64,000 bases of DNA from Octopus vulgaris. Lineage: Eukaryota. The notes under the pieces are model-generated. The model did no database searches and was not told where the DNA came from. It saw nothing but the letters and a program-made list of their open reading frames with translations. The stretch spans positions 43,586,001 to 43,650,000 of the forward strand of contig OX597820.1 of assembly GCA_951406725.2 (NCBI GenBank). Direction: 5' to 3'. The stretch's first letter is position 1. The number at the start of each line of letters is the position of its first letter. The translations under genes were made by a program, and so were the position numbers. This document shows positions 39,476-53,285 of this stretch, piece by piece.

Positions 39476-39790
39476 AGGCGCATGGCTCAGTGGCTAGAGC
39501 GTCGAGCTTACGATCGTGAGGTTGTGAGTTCGATTCCCGGACCGAGCTGGGTACTGTGTTGTTGAGCAAGCCACTTTATTTCACGTTGCTCCAGTTAACT
39601 CAGCTGTAGAAATGAGTTGCGACATCACTGGTGCCAAACTGTATCGGCCTTTGCCAGTGGTGTGGAGAGGGGAGGCTAGTATGCATGGGCGACTGTTGGC
39701 CTTCCACAAACAACCTTGCCCGGACTTGTACCTGGGAGGGTAACTTTCTAGGTACAATCCCATGGTCATTCATGACCGAAGGGGGTCTCC
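39474..39790 (+). mobile_element. tRNA-derived SINE family B
   Basis: A box TGGCTCAGTGG, B box GTTCGATTCCC; homologous to 1865-2199. Confidence 0.9.
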
Positions 39791-42249
39791 GCCATATATA
39801 TATATACACATATATATATGTGTGTGTGTGTGTGTACATGTGTGTGTACGTATGTGAGTACGTGTGGGTATAAATGTGTACGCACACACATATGTGTGTA
39901 TGTATTTACATATGTCTGTATGTATGGTGAGAACTGCATTCGTTTTCAGTATTACGTACGCATATTATTACATGAGTAAACACTTTTTGGAACAACTTGT
40001 TTTAGACATACTGGACATTGTGGGAAATAAATATTATACTTGCTTCGTCATCAACCATAATTTTCTGTTAATTTCCATATCAATGTTACTGATCCATTGT
40101 AAGAAATATATTTGTAAAGTAATCACATTAGAAGAGACGAAGCATATTTCAATGGTTAATACTTGAAAATGATTAATTACTTAAAATCTTAACTATTTTT
40201 TTATAATGATGACAATACAACGTGAGTAGAAACTGGAGGACTAAAATGAATACGATACAGTAATTGGAATTTAAACTGTTATATATTTGACTTATTAAAA
40301 ATTTATTAAGAATAATAATTCAGAATCTTGCTGCCTTTTATTTGATTTGCAATGATCAGTTATGCTTTATTGAATCAAAGAATGGACTAGTGAAATAGCG
40401 AAAGAATTATAACGTGAACGAATTAAATTTGGCAATCTTTTTATGTAATTATTTTTATTAAATATTTTAAGAAAGTTGAGTTTAATTCGATATGGTGTGT
40501 ATACACGTGATTCACTTTCTGAATTTAACTTTAAATATCTTTATTCAGAAAAATTGTCCTTTGAGTTCGACGTCCGCTAAATAATATCTTAGTTCACACT
40601 TATAATATGCATCGAGAAAATCACAATACATTGATCTTTAGACAACTCAGACGTTATTCAGTGAAAACTAAACAAAGAGGTCAATACAAAAAGAGATTTT
40701 GTGATAATATTATGAAAATATTTGAAGCTGGTGAAGCTACTTTAATATACATCGTTTTCTACTAAAATTATGATTGGTACTTTTATATTAAGAACCGTGT
40801 TTTATAATCGAAATATTGTGAAATGAGGTAGAAGTGATTGTAGACGTCGAGAATCACTTTAATTATTAGCTTGGATGCAAAGATGAAAGATATAATTTGC
40901 ACTGGAGTTTGTGAAATACAGCATAGTTTCTGTTTTCACAATTGCGTCTAGTGATTATGAAATCGACGACTAAGGTTAAAATGCTAGTACCATTAAAAAT
41001 GTCATCTATATCTATTAAGTAGCTATATGTGTTTTCTATAATTTTTTAAACCAAATTAGAAGTGAACGAAGATGCTAGGTCATGAATGGAAAGAAGTTTT
41101 TACGAAATGACAACGTCATTTTAACGACATGTAGTAATGAAATGTAACTAATAGGTAACAAGTCTTAGCAACACGTTAATGTGTGGTTATTAATTCTTTG
41201 AAATAAAGATGCACTCATTCTGCCAATGAATATTTTGGAGTGAATATCACAGACGGGAGATTGTTGTTGCCGTTCTTGTGGAGTTCCAGGTCAGCTTTAA
41301 TGGAACAGGATTATAAGTTTCTGACAGATGACCAAACCACAAGAAACGCACAGCAGAACCACTTTCCCAGCTATAACACGACGCCATGTAGCTTACAACC
41401 ACATTGTATACTCCACCATCAGCGATGAAAATTATCAGGTGATCGAAAAATTCTGGATATACTTTTCCAATGTTTGTTCAATGTTTTCCTACGCACTTTA
41501 ACTAACAATCATTGTTCCTCTGCACCAAGTATTGTAGATGTTCATCCTAACACAGTGTTTCCAATCAGGGACGTTATTGATGTAACTTCTATTTGTCTGT
41601 GCAAACGCTCCTTGTACATGACTGAGTCGAGTAAAAGTGATTCAGTAGTAAACTTACAAAATGCGGTGTATGCATATGGGTGTTTAGAAGTGGCTTACTT
41701 TGGTAATAAAAGCATGAAATATCGTGAGATTCAAGAGCAGAGTTGGGAAAGAGGACTATCATTTTGGAGAGGAAGGTGAGATAAATGTCTCCACTGCTAG
41801 AGTATACATGTTCGATGAATTACTGCTGATTTGAAGTATTCGAATGTGAAATAATTAACGATTGAGGTACCAAATATATTCCTCACACACAGAATCTCAC
41901 ACAGAGTAGCTGGAAGCCTTTGTTGCTGATATTCAGTTGAGAGCGTGGGATTGGGAACGTGCATTTGTACTGGTACCACAATGCAGAGCGATTTTTTTTG
42001 TAAAAAATGTAGCACAGGCAGGATGATAATAAGGATTTAAACAATGGAAACTCGACAGCGCAAGATCTGTGATTTTCGTGTTAATGAGGAAGATACGTGG
42101 GATCTAAGTTTGATTGGCTGTCAAGGGTATAGGATGAAAGAAAAGGTAGTTGCCGAGTGTGGAGCATTTGGTAACCAAAATACGGATCACTCGATTTACG
42201 AGTATATGATATAAAACTTTTTACTTATCAGTATCTAGCTTTTCGATGA

Positions 42250-43076
42250 AATGAAAGACTTGCTCGTTGGATTACACGGTGGACTGGTATATGTTCAGTT
42301 AACGTAATTCTGAAGTAAAATCAGTAGTCCATGGCCTCAATGAAGTAGATCTGAACCAAAGAATAAGTTTTTCAAGTATACTGGCCAAGATCTGTAGACG
42401 ATGTGCACCTTCCAACAGACATTCTTTGAAGTGATGAGGCCATATTTAGTTGACATGGCTCAACTAACCTCCATATTTGCAGCTCCTCCGGTCCTAAGAA
42501 TCGGCATACTTCGAAGAAATAAGATTTTAATTTACCAAGAGTTCCAACATGGAGCAGCATTTCATCTAAAAGATGAATTAGAGCATTCCTTTTGATGGTA
42601 TTGTGACAGGATCCATTTACTTGAACCTGCTGCTACAATCTGTCACGCCATGTATTCAAGAGAAGATGTGGTGTTTTATTTCCAAAAGGACGGGTCTTTC
42701 CCATACACAACCATACTAATGTAAGGACCTAAAACTGATGAGATTTATCCAAACAGGTGTTAACTTTTACCGGATTTCGTTTCACTAGATTGTTTAGCGA
42801 GGATTATTAAGCGATGGCAACAGTCAACGAATATCAGGCAGCCATTCAACGAGAATGTGCGGTAATACTGAACGAAAAGTTTCTTTATGTTAACCCCAAA
42901 AAATTCACATTATCAAAAGTGGCAGCACCAGAACGTTAATTAGTTCGAAAATGGACATCCATAATAATAGAATATTCCCTGTAGGTCCTATTAAATTTTG
43001 AGTATGAAATATATATTAACAAACATCGTATTTATAACAATTCAATATATGTCTGCCCTTCCTGGAACACAGTAAA
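42250..43076 (+). pseudogene. Degraded Tc1/mariner transposase (DDE/D domain)
   Basis: VHGLNEVDLNQRISF, IL*SDEAIF, FDGIVTGSIYLNLL, FYFQKDG, with multiple stops and frameshifts. May extend upstream to about 41430. Confidence 0.72.
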
Positions 43077-43094
43077 TATATATATATATATATA

Positions 43095-43291
43095 ATAAAT
43101 ATTAGGGAATAAATCCAAATTTACAGGGAAAAAATCAGATTTAGGATTAAATCCAATTTTATAGTAAAATATTATATAATATTATTAGAGACAAAACCAC
43201 TATTTTGCAAAACAAACAAGGAAAGACTTAATCAATACATAAAATTTTAATAAAAAGTCAAAAAAATCGCCACTACAATTGTTTCTTGTCC
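43095..43291 (-). mobile_element. Short AT-rich insert in (TA)n ending in a half-hammerhead; possible Penelope-like terminus
   Basis: (TA)n on both sides. The minus strand begins GGACAA-GAAAC-AATT-GT-A-GTGG. Confidence 0.4.
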
Positions 43292-43317
43292 TATATATAT
43301 ATATACATATATATATT

Positions 43318-43532
43318 ACTCTTTTACTTGTTTCAGTGATTTGACTGCAGCTATGCCGGAGCACCGTCTTTAGTCGAGCAAGTCAATCCCAGGACTTATT
43401 GTTTGTAAGCCTAGTACTTATACTATCGTTCACTTTTGCAGAATCACTAAGTTTACGGTAATGTAAACACTCCAACATCGTTTGTCAAGTGAATGTGGGA
43501 GAACAAAACACAGACACCCTAACACACACACC

Positions 43533-43583
<51 letters not shown>

Positions 43584-43900
43584 CTTATAAAATAAGGGCA
43601 AAAGAAAAAAATTAGCATTTGTTTCTGTGGCCCTTATTTTATAAGTTATTTATAAATTTAACCTTTTAAGGTATTTTTTAATATGCTGGTCACTGATAAA
43701 TTTTTTTTCGAAAAAGTTTATGCTATATTAGATGTATATATATATATATATGACGGGCTTCTTTCAGTATCAGTCTACCAAATCCATTCACAAGGCTTCG
43801 GGCGGCCCGAGGCTAGAGTACACTTGCCGAAAATGTCACGAATCAGAAACCATGTGTTTGGGAAGCAAGCTTCTTACCACACAGCCACTCCTGCACCTAT
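43318..43900 (-). mobile_element. SINE family C, interrupted in its internal (TA)n
   Basis: Both halves match 52875-53285. A foreign insert occupies 43580-43735. Confidence 0.82.
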
Positions 43901-44519
43901 GTATATATAAGTATATATTTTGCAATATAAGTATGTGTGTGTGTATGTGTGTTTGTATGTGTATGTATGTGTATATGCATGTATATATACACCATTGGAA
44001 AATGTATGAAATCCTTGATACAATTATGCATATTGGAAAAAGGAAAATAATGACTTCACTGGATATTCTAATTAATTTAATTTTCTAATAATATAAGTTA
44101 ATTTTACAGTTTGGTTTGTAGATCTAGAAAGTTCTTTGTTAACTTCGATTTGGGAAATTTTTTAAAGATTCCTCGTTGTTAACTTTTCTGGAGAACTTTC
44201 TTGCATACGTCAGTGGTGGTTGTCAAACTTATCTTCAGATTGTGTTGTGCTGTGTGACTTTTTAAAAAGAGATTCGGGTACGTCTGGGTCGGGGTTGTAG
44301 TTTGTTAATAACAAGTATGAGAGTGAAGGATTGTTGATGAATCAGAGCTGAAAAGAAATAGTAAATGGTAAAAACAAGATAACTGATTGAGTGTGAAATT
44401 GGGAGGCGGCGGGGTGTTTAAGGAGTGTTTAATGACGGGCTTGTGAAAGTGTCCTTTTGTTGGTCCCATTTGAATAGTTGAGTTTTGGTGGAAAATATAA
44501 TGGTCAGATGTTTTTCAAA

Positions 44520-45190
44520 TTCATTTATGGCTGAATCAACTTTAAGGATGTTAAAACTGTATTGGACGACTGGAAGAGCCTGGGTGTTAATGGCTTGTAG
44601 GTGGCTTGTAGGTGGCTTGCAAATGGTGCTGATCTTGTAGGTTATTGGTTGACAGTTCTTCCTATTTTTCATGTCTTCAGTTTTTAGTAGAAGGTATGTT
44701 GCTACTTCGGTCAGCCAGGTAGTTATTTGCTCTGGGTTCTGAAGTCATCAGTTAAGGACGGAGCACAATTTTGGTGTACCTCTGTCAAACAATTCATCCA
44801 GAAATTAGGGATCCGGTGCAGGCCTAAGGTTCTCTATTTGTGGGCTTTTCTAAGAACACATCTTAGCTCTTCTACTCCTATAGCTTCCCAATTCTGTTCT
44901 TCAACATCATCCATTCTCACGTTCAATCAAGTGAGCTTCAGCATTATATTCTTTTTGTTTCTCCATATCTTCTTCCATAGTTCTTCCATTTCCTTAGTCT
45001 TAGGTAGCTCCTTTACTTCAATCTTGCTTTTGCCAATTTCCCTATAAACTTTTTTGGCATCCGTCTTGAATACCTAGATTTGTCGATAAAATTTGATCCC
45101 TTTGTCATAATTTATGAGTCCTTGGGCTTTCAGTTGTATTCGTGGTTTCACTAGTTCCTTGCTTGCAGGGAGGTTTATAAAATCTTTGGG
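44520..45190 (-). pseudogene. Old R4/Dong-like LINE relic with internal deletion
   Basis: IPNFWMNCLTEVH (domain 0) and KNCQPITYKIST (domain 2) are joined directly to AINTQALPVVQYSFNIL (post-RT). Confidence 0.65.
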
Positions 45191-45195
45191 GGTAT

Positions 45196-46157
<962 letters not shown>

Positions 46158-46186
<29 letters not shown>

Positions 46187-46457
46187 TTTACGTTTAGTTT
46201 GGTGCAGTAATTACCATTGCGTTTAGTTTGGTGCAGTATTTACCATTGCGTTTAGTTTGGTGCAGTATTTACCATTGCGTTTAGTTTGGTGCAGTATTTA
46301 CCATTGCGTTTAGTTTGGTGCAGTATTTACCATTGCGTTTAGTTTGGTGCAGTATTTACCATTGCGTTTAGTTTGATGCAGTATTTACCATAGTTTGGTG
46401 CAGTATTTACCATAGTTTGGTGCAGTATTTACCATAGTTTGGTGCAGTATTTACCAT
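46158..46457. repeat. Minisatellite of 8 x ~29 bp plus 3 x 22 bp derived from the LINE truncation point
   Basis: The unit TTGCGTTTAGTTTGGTGCAGTATTTACCA occurs once in the longer copy at about 60774-60802. Confidence 0.95.
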
Positions 46458-46458
46458 C

Positions 46459-46522
<64 letters not shown>

Positions 46523-46524
46523 TA

Positions 46525-46574
<50 letters not shown>

Positions 46575-46610
46575 TATCATTATTATTATTATTATCACTA
46601 TTGTCATTGA

Positions 46611-46641
<31 letters not shown>

Positions 46642-46697
46642 TAGTTTTATTTTTTTTTTATTATTATTTTTATTATTATTATTATTATTATTATTTA

Positions 46698-46727
<30 letters not shown>

Positions 46728-46732
<5 letters not shown>

Positions 46733-47462
46733 TAGTTTTATTTTTATAGCGTGCTTTCACTTCACTACCGAGCGCAGCTCTGTGTGCCTTGGGTATGTGC
46801 TGTGATTTGTTGTGATGCTCTGATGGTTATTGTATGGAAAGTGTTCTGCGTAGGATGTGTGCAGTGCCTAGTAGTGCAATTTTCTGTATGTTATATGTGT
46901 TTGTAAGTCCTGGTGTTTTTGTTATGTATTTGTCTGAATATTTTTTTATCATGCCTAATGCACCTACTATGATAGGAATTGTTTCTGTTTTCAGATTCCA
47001 CATTCTAGTTACCTCTATTTCCAGGTCTTTGTATTTTGAGAGTTTCTCCATTTCTTTTAGAGACACGTTGTCATCAGCCGCTATTGATACATCAATTAGA
47101 AAGCATTTTTTTCTTCATGGTCTCTGACAACTATATCTGGTCTGTTGGCCTTAATTTCTCTATCTGTGTGTATTGGCATATCCCAGAGTATGGTTGCTTT
47201 CTCGTTTTCTGTGACCTTTTCTGGTGTGTGCCTATACCATCTTTTTTCTGTTGTTATTCCATAATGTTGGCATAGCTTCCAATGTATGTAGGTTCCAACT
47301 CTGTCATGTCTGTGAATATATTCCTTCTTAGCCAGGACTGGGCAGCTAGAGATAATATGATTTATTGTTTCTTGTCCATCACATATTCTGCAGTTACTTG
47401 TAATATTTCTTTTCATTACATGTTTTTGGTAATTTCTGGTGGGGAGGCTTTGGTCTTGTGCT
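46728..47462 (-). mobile_element. R4/Dong-like LINE, 5'-truncated (copy C)
   Basis: Near-identical to copy B, in (TAA)n. An isolated 3'-tip remnant lies at 46637-46655. Confidence 0.95.
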
Positions 47463-47555
47463 TTTACAAACTTCTATTGAGTTTTCTTTCTTTACCAATT
47501 CTGTCACCTTTGAGATCACACCAACGCTGAATTCCAATGAAGTTTGGTCTTGTGC

Positions 47556-47586
<31 letters not shown>

Positions 47587-47626
47587 GATATTATCGCTAT
47601 TGTCATTGATATTATTATTATTATTG

Positions 47627-47673
<47 letters not shown>

Positions 47674-47685
47674 ATTATTATTATT

Positions 47686-47723
<38 letters not shown>

Positions 47724-48254
47724 TATCATCATCATCATTGTTATTAAATCCTTAGCGCATCGGACAAAATACTTAGCGGACATTTCGCCTGCATTATTGT
47801 TATTACGATTATTATCATTATTAAGGGTTCTAAGATGATTTCAAACGTGTGAATTCGAATAATACTCGCCATACGTAAACTTAATGCAATTCTCGAACTG
47901 AAAAATTTTTGAAAGGTAGCATTTCAGAAACAATAAATCGAACAATAAATGTTTCACCTAATTTGTTTCAGTCGTTGGTTTCGGATAAATCCAAGAACAT
48001 TGTAAAATTCACTTTCCGAAAGCGCCAGGTAGTGTGTTCGAACGCAAGCATACCGGTTGTGAAATAGATCTTCCTAACCAATTAGCCATGATGTACGTCG
48101 ATATTTATTTGTGTGTGAGTATTTTTTCTGTACACGTATACATAAAAAGCACGCAAAAACATATCCACATTCCCTCCCGACACGCACAAACACACACACA
48201 TATATATATATACACATATCCATAAGTTTATATAAATACAGACATACGTTATAT

Positions 48255-48665
48255 ATGTGTATGTATGAATGTATGGTTGTATGAATGTATGTATATATGT
48301 ATGTATGTATGTATGTATGCATGTATGTATGTATGCATGTATGTATGTATGTATGTATGTATACATGTATGTATGTATGTATGTATGCATGTATGTATAT
48401 ATGTATGTATGCATTTATGTATGTATGTATATATGTACGTATGTATGCATGTATGTATGTATGTATGTATGTATGTGTATGTATGTGTATGTATGTATGT
48501 ATGTATGCATGTATGTATGTATGAATGTATGTATGTATGTATGCATTTATGTATGTATGTATGTTTGTATGTATGTATGTACGTATGCATGTATGTATGT
48601 ATGTATATACATGTATGTATGTATGTATGTATATATGTATGTATGTATGCATGTATGTATGTATG

Positions 48666-48695
<30 letters not shown>
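48255..48695. repeat. (TATG)n microsatellite
   Basis: Directly visible. Confidence 0.97.
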
Positions 48696-48696
<1 letters not shown>

Positions 48697-49254
48697 GCGT
48701 ATTTATTTATATGTATACAGACGCATACACATGTGTGCAGGAAATGAGCTCAGAACAACCGGTTAACAGTTCACTAAGTTAGCACGCGATTCTCTTTTGT
48801 TGAAAGAAATCAGGTGAGGCTTCCCAAACTTCATTGGAATTCAGCGTTGGTGTGATCTCAAAGGTGACAGAATTGGTAAAGAAAGAAAACTCAATAGAAG
48901 TTTGTAATTTATTTAAGCTACATGGTAAGGAATAATTACTGGTATTTAATAATTCGTTCGGTCCTCATCGGTCTCCAGAGGAATCGACATCTGCAAATGG
49001 GAAAAATAAAAGAAAAAGATAGAAAAAAACTACTTATAGTAAATATCTCACAATAATGGAGTTGGAAGCAACTAGAGGTTCTCAAGAGAGAATCAAAATT
49101 TATAACGTTAATAGGATTGCGATTGCAGTAAAGAATGTAACTGTAACTTGTCTAAAAGTATAAGAATGCGTTGATGGTGAAAATGGTGGCAAATGGTGGA
49201 AAAATGGTGGAATATATAGTGATAATGGTGACGGTGGGGATACTCCTGACGATG

Positions 49255-49630
49255 ATGAAGAGGAGGAGGGGAGGAGTAGAAGGAGGAAAGGAGGAGTAGA
49301 AGGAGGAAAGGAGGAGTAGAAGGAGGAAAGGAGGAGTAGAAGGAGGAAAGGAGGAGTAGAAGGAGGAAAGGAGGAGGAGGAGGAGAGGAGGCAAAGGGCG
49401 AGGATGAGAACAGGTGGAGAACAGGAGGAGAAAAGGTGGAGGGGAGGAGGAGGAAGAGAAAGGAGAACAGGAGAACAAGAGGAGAGGAAGAGAGGAGGAG
49501 AACAGGTGGAGGAGGAGAACAGGTGGAGGAGGGGAACAGGCGGAGGAGGAGAACAGGAAGAGGAGGATGAGAAGAAGAAGTAGGAGGAAAAGGAGGAGGA
49601 GGAGGGGGAGGAGGGGGAGGAGGGGGAGGT
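49255..49630 (+). repeat. Polypurine tract with 5 x 20-bp GAGGAGTAGAAGGAGGAAAG (49271-49370)
   Basis: Directly visible. Confidence 0.93.
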
Positions 49631-50425
49631 TCATTATGATAAGTTATGTGGATGATGAAGTAATAATGAGGATGGTGGTGATGGTGGTGTTGTGGTATTT
49701 GTGGTGGTGGCTGATGCAGTTATTGTAAAGAAAAATGGCGACTAAGAACACTAGCACGACAGAGTCGATGGTGACGACGACGATGACGTCGACCTCGGCG
49801 ACGACAATGGATGATAATAAGAAACAGGAGAACGATGATTGCAGCGCTAATGAATGTGATGATGATGATTGGGAGGATGGCGGTGACGATGAGAACGATG
49901 TTGATGTTGATGAAGACAACAACGGCAACGATGACGATGATAATGATGATGTGACGAAATCATAACGATGACAAACGGCGCTGATGATAATTACGATGAT
50001 GATGATGATGATAACGATGATAACAATGATGAGGATTACGACAACGGCAACAAATACAACCATGACGATGGAGATTATGATGATGAGGAGGAGGAGGAGA
50101 AGGAGGGGGAGGAGGATGTGAATGTGGTGTAGGAGGAGAAAAAGAGGGGTTAGTTCTGTAGGAGGAGGATGTGGAAGAGAAGAAGGAGGAGGTGAATCGT
50201 GAATCATAAATACATGATTATGATGGTAAAGCTGTTGACGGTGATGACGAAGACGGTGATAATGATGAGGAGGAAGACGTCAACGAAGACGACTACGAGG
50301 ACGTTGATGAAGATGATGATGACGATGATGTCGATGATACTGAGGAGGTGGCGGGAGGAGGATGAAAGTGGAGGAGGAAGAGGAGGAGGGAAAATAAGGA
50401 GGTAATTTCTCACTAACACAGCACC

Positions 50426-50555
50426 GTCGAGGTCGACTTTGCCTTTCATATTTTCGGGGTCGATAAATTAGGTACCAGTTGCGTACTGGAGTCGATCTAA
50501 TCGACTGGCCCCCCTCCCCCAAAATTTCAGACCTTGTGCCTAGAGTAGAAAAGAA
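50426..50555 (+). mobile_element. SINE A, 5'-truncated, with TSD
   Basis: Family core and tail; flanks AATTT(C/T)TCACTAA. Confidence 0.85.
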
Positions 50556-51028
50556 TTTTTCACTAATAACTGCACATATTTTATAGGTAACTAGCATATT
50601 TCTCTCGATCGAGAATGCCAGTGCATTAATGCTGACTTTTACGGACAAGCTTAACTGATGAAACCTGGAAATCCACTGCGGCGATATTTCGTAAATATTT
50701 TCAAAGAAATACTGCAGAAATTTTAGTTAGAAACTACACTACATCTGCTACCGTCACGAAAGATTCTTCATCATCAACATCCCTATTATCATCCTTATGA
50801 TCATCATCACCAACATTATCCTTATCATCCTCATCCTCATCATTATCATCATCATCATCATATCATCATCAGCATCATCATTATCATCAACATTAACATA
50901 GATATTATCAATGGTAACTTCAGCAGTGGCATGACTGTCATCAGTATCATCAACATCATCACCGTGATCGTTATCATAACCATAATAATTATCATCTTCA
51001 TCATCATCATCATCATCATCACTGCTCT

Positions 51029-51193
51029 CGATTATATCGACCCCAGTGCGTAATTGGTACTTAATTTATCGACCCCGAAAGGATGAAAGGCAAAGTCGAC
51101 CTCGGCGGAATTTCAACTCAGAACATAACGGCAGACGAAATACCGCTAAGCATTTCGCCCGGCGTGCTAACGATACTGCCAGCTCGTCGCCTT
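51029..51193 (-). mobile_element. SINE A, 5' two-thirds
   Basis: Close match to the family consensus. Confidence 0.88.
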
Positions 51194-51389
51194 TACTAGA
51201 TCAAAATATACACTATACTAATTCTTTTGTATACAATGGTTATCTTATGTCTTTCATAGCGCTCTTACGTATTCAGTAATGTGACAATAATGCGCATGAT
51301 GAGCTTACTGAAACGGGCAAGCTCATCCAGCATGTTAGTGTTCTCCTCTACAAAACTGAAAGCATTATTATCCACACATTTAAATAGAC

Positions 51390-51770
51390 AAGTTGGCAGA
51401 ATCGTTAGCATGCTTAACAGCGTGTTGCTCGTTCTGAGTTTTAAATCCACCGGGGTCGACTTTCAGCTATCAAGTACTAGGGTAGATGTGATCGAATTTT
51501 TCCTACTACATTTTCAAGTCTTTTGCAGTAGTTGTGCAGTACTAAGGATTATCATGCATACATTTAAGTCGGTGAGAGGCAAAATCGTTAGTACGCTTAA
51601 CAACATTTCGTGCCTCTTTAAGTTCTGAGTTCAAATTTTGTCGAGGTTACTTTCTCTTTCATCCTTTCGGGGTCGATAAAATAAGTATCAGTTGAGCACT
51701 GGGGGTCGATATAATCGCTTACCTTCTCTCTCAAAATTGGTGGCCTTGTGCCAAAATTTGAAGCCATTAT
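51390..51770 (+). mobile_element. Two degraded SINE A copies
   Basis: Copies at about 51390-51552 and 51567-51770. Confidence 0.72.
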
Positions 51771-52059
51771 TATAGACAAATTACATTTTTTAAAACGTAC
51801 AACAGCGAGGGACAATAACAAAGAGGAGAAGATAGTAGTGATAAGATACTTGACGTCCATCAACACAATTTAACAATACTTCAATTGAATCCATTTATAA
51901 ATTAAGCAGAAGTGAAAAGAATATCCGCCAATACTGGATTTATGATGAATGTTAGAGCGTGAATTTAAGGTGAGCACGCTAAGAAGTCAATGTAGCAATT
52001 TGTTTCAATTACATTGCATTTGATGAAATGCCCACCTTCAGTTGCTATCTAACTTTCAT

Positions 52060-52373
52060 GTTTTATCTTTTACTTGTTTCAGTCTTTGTGATGCAGCCAT
52101 GCTGGAGCACCGCCCTGAAGGATTTAGTTACACAAATTAAGTCCTATACGTACATTTCAAAGCCTGTTACTTATTCTATCGATCTTTTATTGCTGAACAG
52201 TTACATGGTTTATCAAGCGGCATAGGAGACGAACACACACAGTTTCCATCGGCTAATTCTACTCAGAAGTGTTAGGTCGGCCCTAGGATATAATGGAAAT
52301 CATTTGCCCAAGATGCCTCACAGTGCTATGAACCCAAGACCACTTGCTTACTACACAGCCACGCCTGCGCCTA
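52060..52373 (-). mobile_element. SINE family C, degraded
   Basis: CTTTTACTTGTTTCAGTC..CCATGCTGGAGCACCGCC..CACAGCCACGCCTGCGCC. Confidence 0.75.
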
Positions 52374-52874
52374 TTGTCGAATAACATGATAAAAAGCAAC
52401 AAGAATGAAACAACAATATCTTGAAGTGTTAAACGTATATTATGAGATCACACAAGAAACTCAAAATGTGGTCCGTTGATTATAGAGGAAGAAATGAATG
52501 AAGAAAAGGAGTGAATGGAAATCTTTACTATATATACCGATATTTATAATACAAAACAAACAAGATTTCAAATATAAATCATTTAATATTCACTGAAAAC
52601 ATAACAAAATTCTCATCTGTATGCAACGTATATAAACACCCGCAAACTAACAAATACATCACATCGGAATTCTCATAATCCTTCACAAATGATACCCAAT
52701 ATGAGAAGAGAATAGCCATTCACAGAATAAAAGAGCCCGCCAAATGCATTGAAAATATAGTTCGTACCAAATACGAAAAAATAAAAGAGCTTTACACCTG
52801 AATCAAAACAGAATCAAAAATATGACAAAACCTAAGATACGTATTACATATTTTATTAAAAATATAATCAACAA

Positions 52875-53036
52875 GGCACAGGAATGGCTGTGTGGTAAGT
52901 AGCTTGCTAACCAACCACATGGTTCCGGGTCCAGTCCCACTGCGTGGCATCTTAGGCAAGTGTCTTCTACTATAGACACGGGCCGACCAATGCCTTGTGA
53001 GTGGATTTGGTAGACGGAAACTGAAAGAAGCCTGTC

Positions 53037-53072
<36 letters not shown>

Positions 53073-53285
53073 GTGTGTTTGTGTCTGTGTTTGTCCCCCT
53101 AGCATTGCTTGACAACCGATGCTGGTGTGTTTACGTCCCCGTCACTTAGCGGTTCGGCAAAAGAGACCGATAGAATAAGTACTGGACTTACAACAGAATA
53201 AGTACTGGGCTCGATTAAAGGCGGTGCTCCAGCATGGCCGCAGTCAAATGACTGAAACAAGTAAAAGAGTAAAAGAGTAAAAGAG
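52875..53285 (+). mobile_element. tRNA-derived SINE family C, full length
   Basis: A box TGGCTGTGTGG, B-box-like GGTCCAGTCCC, internal (TA)n, (GTAAAAGA)n tail. Confidence 0.92.

Noticed and set aside
49414-49965. Arg/Glu-rich and Asp/Thr-rich ORFs as real proteins
   Set aside because: They are products of the polypurine and (GAT/GAC)n low-complexity tract; no splice or domain support.
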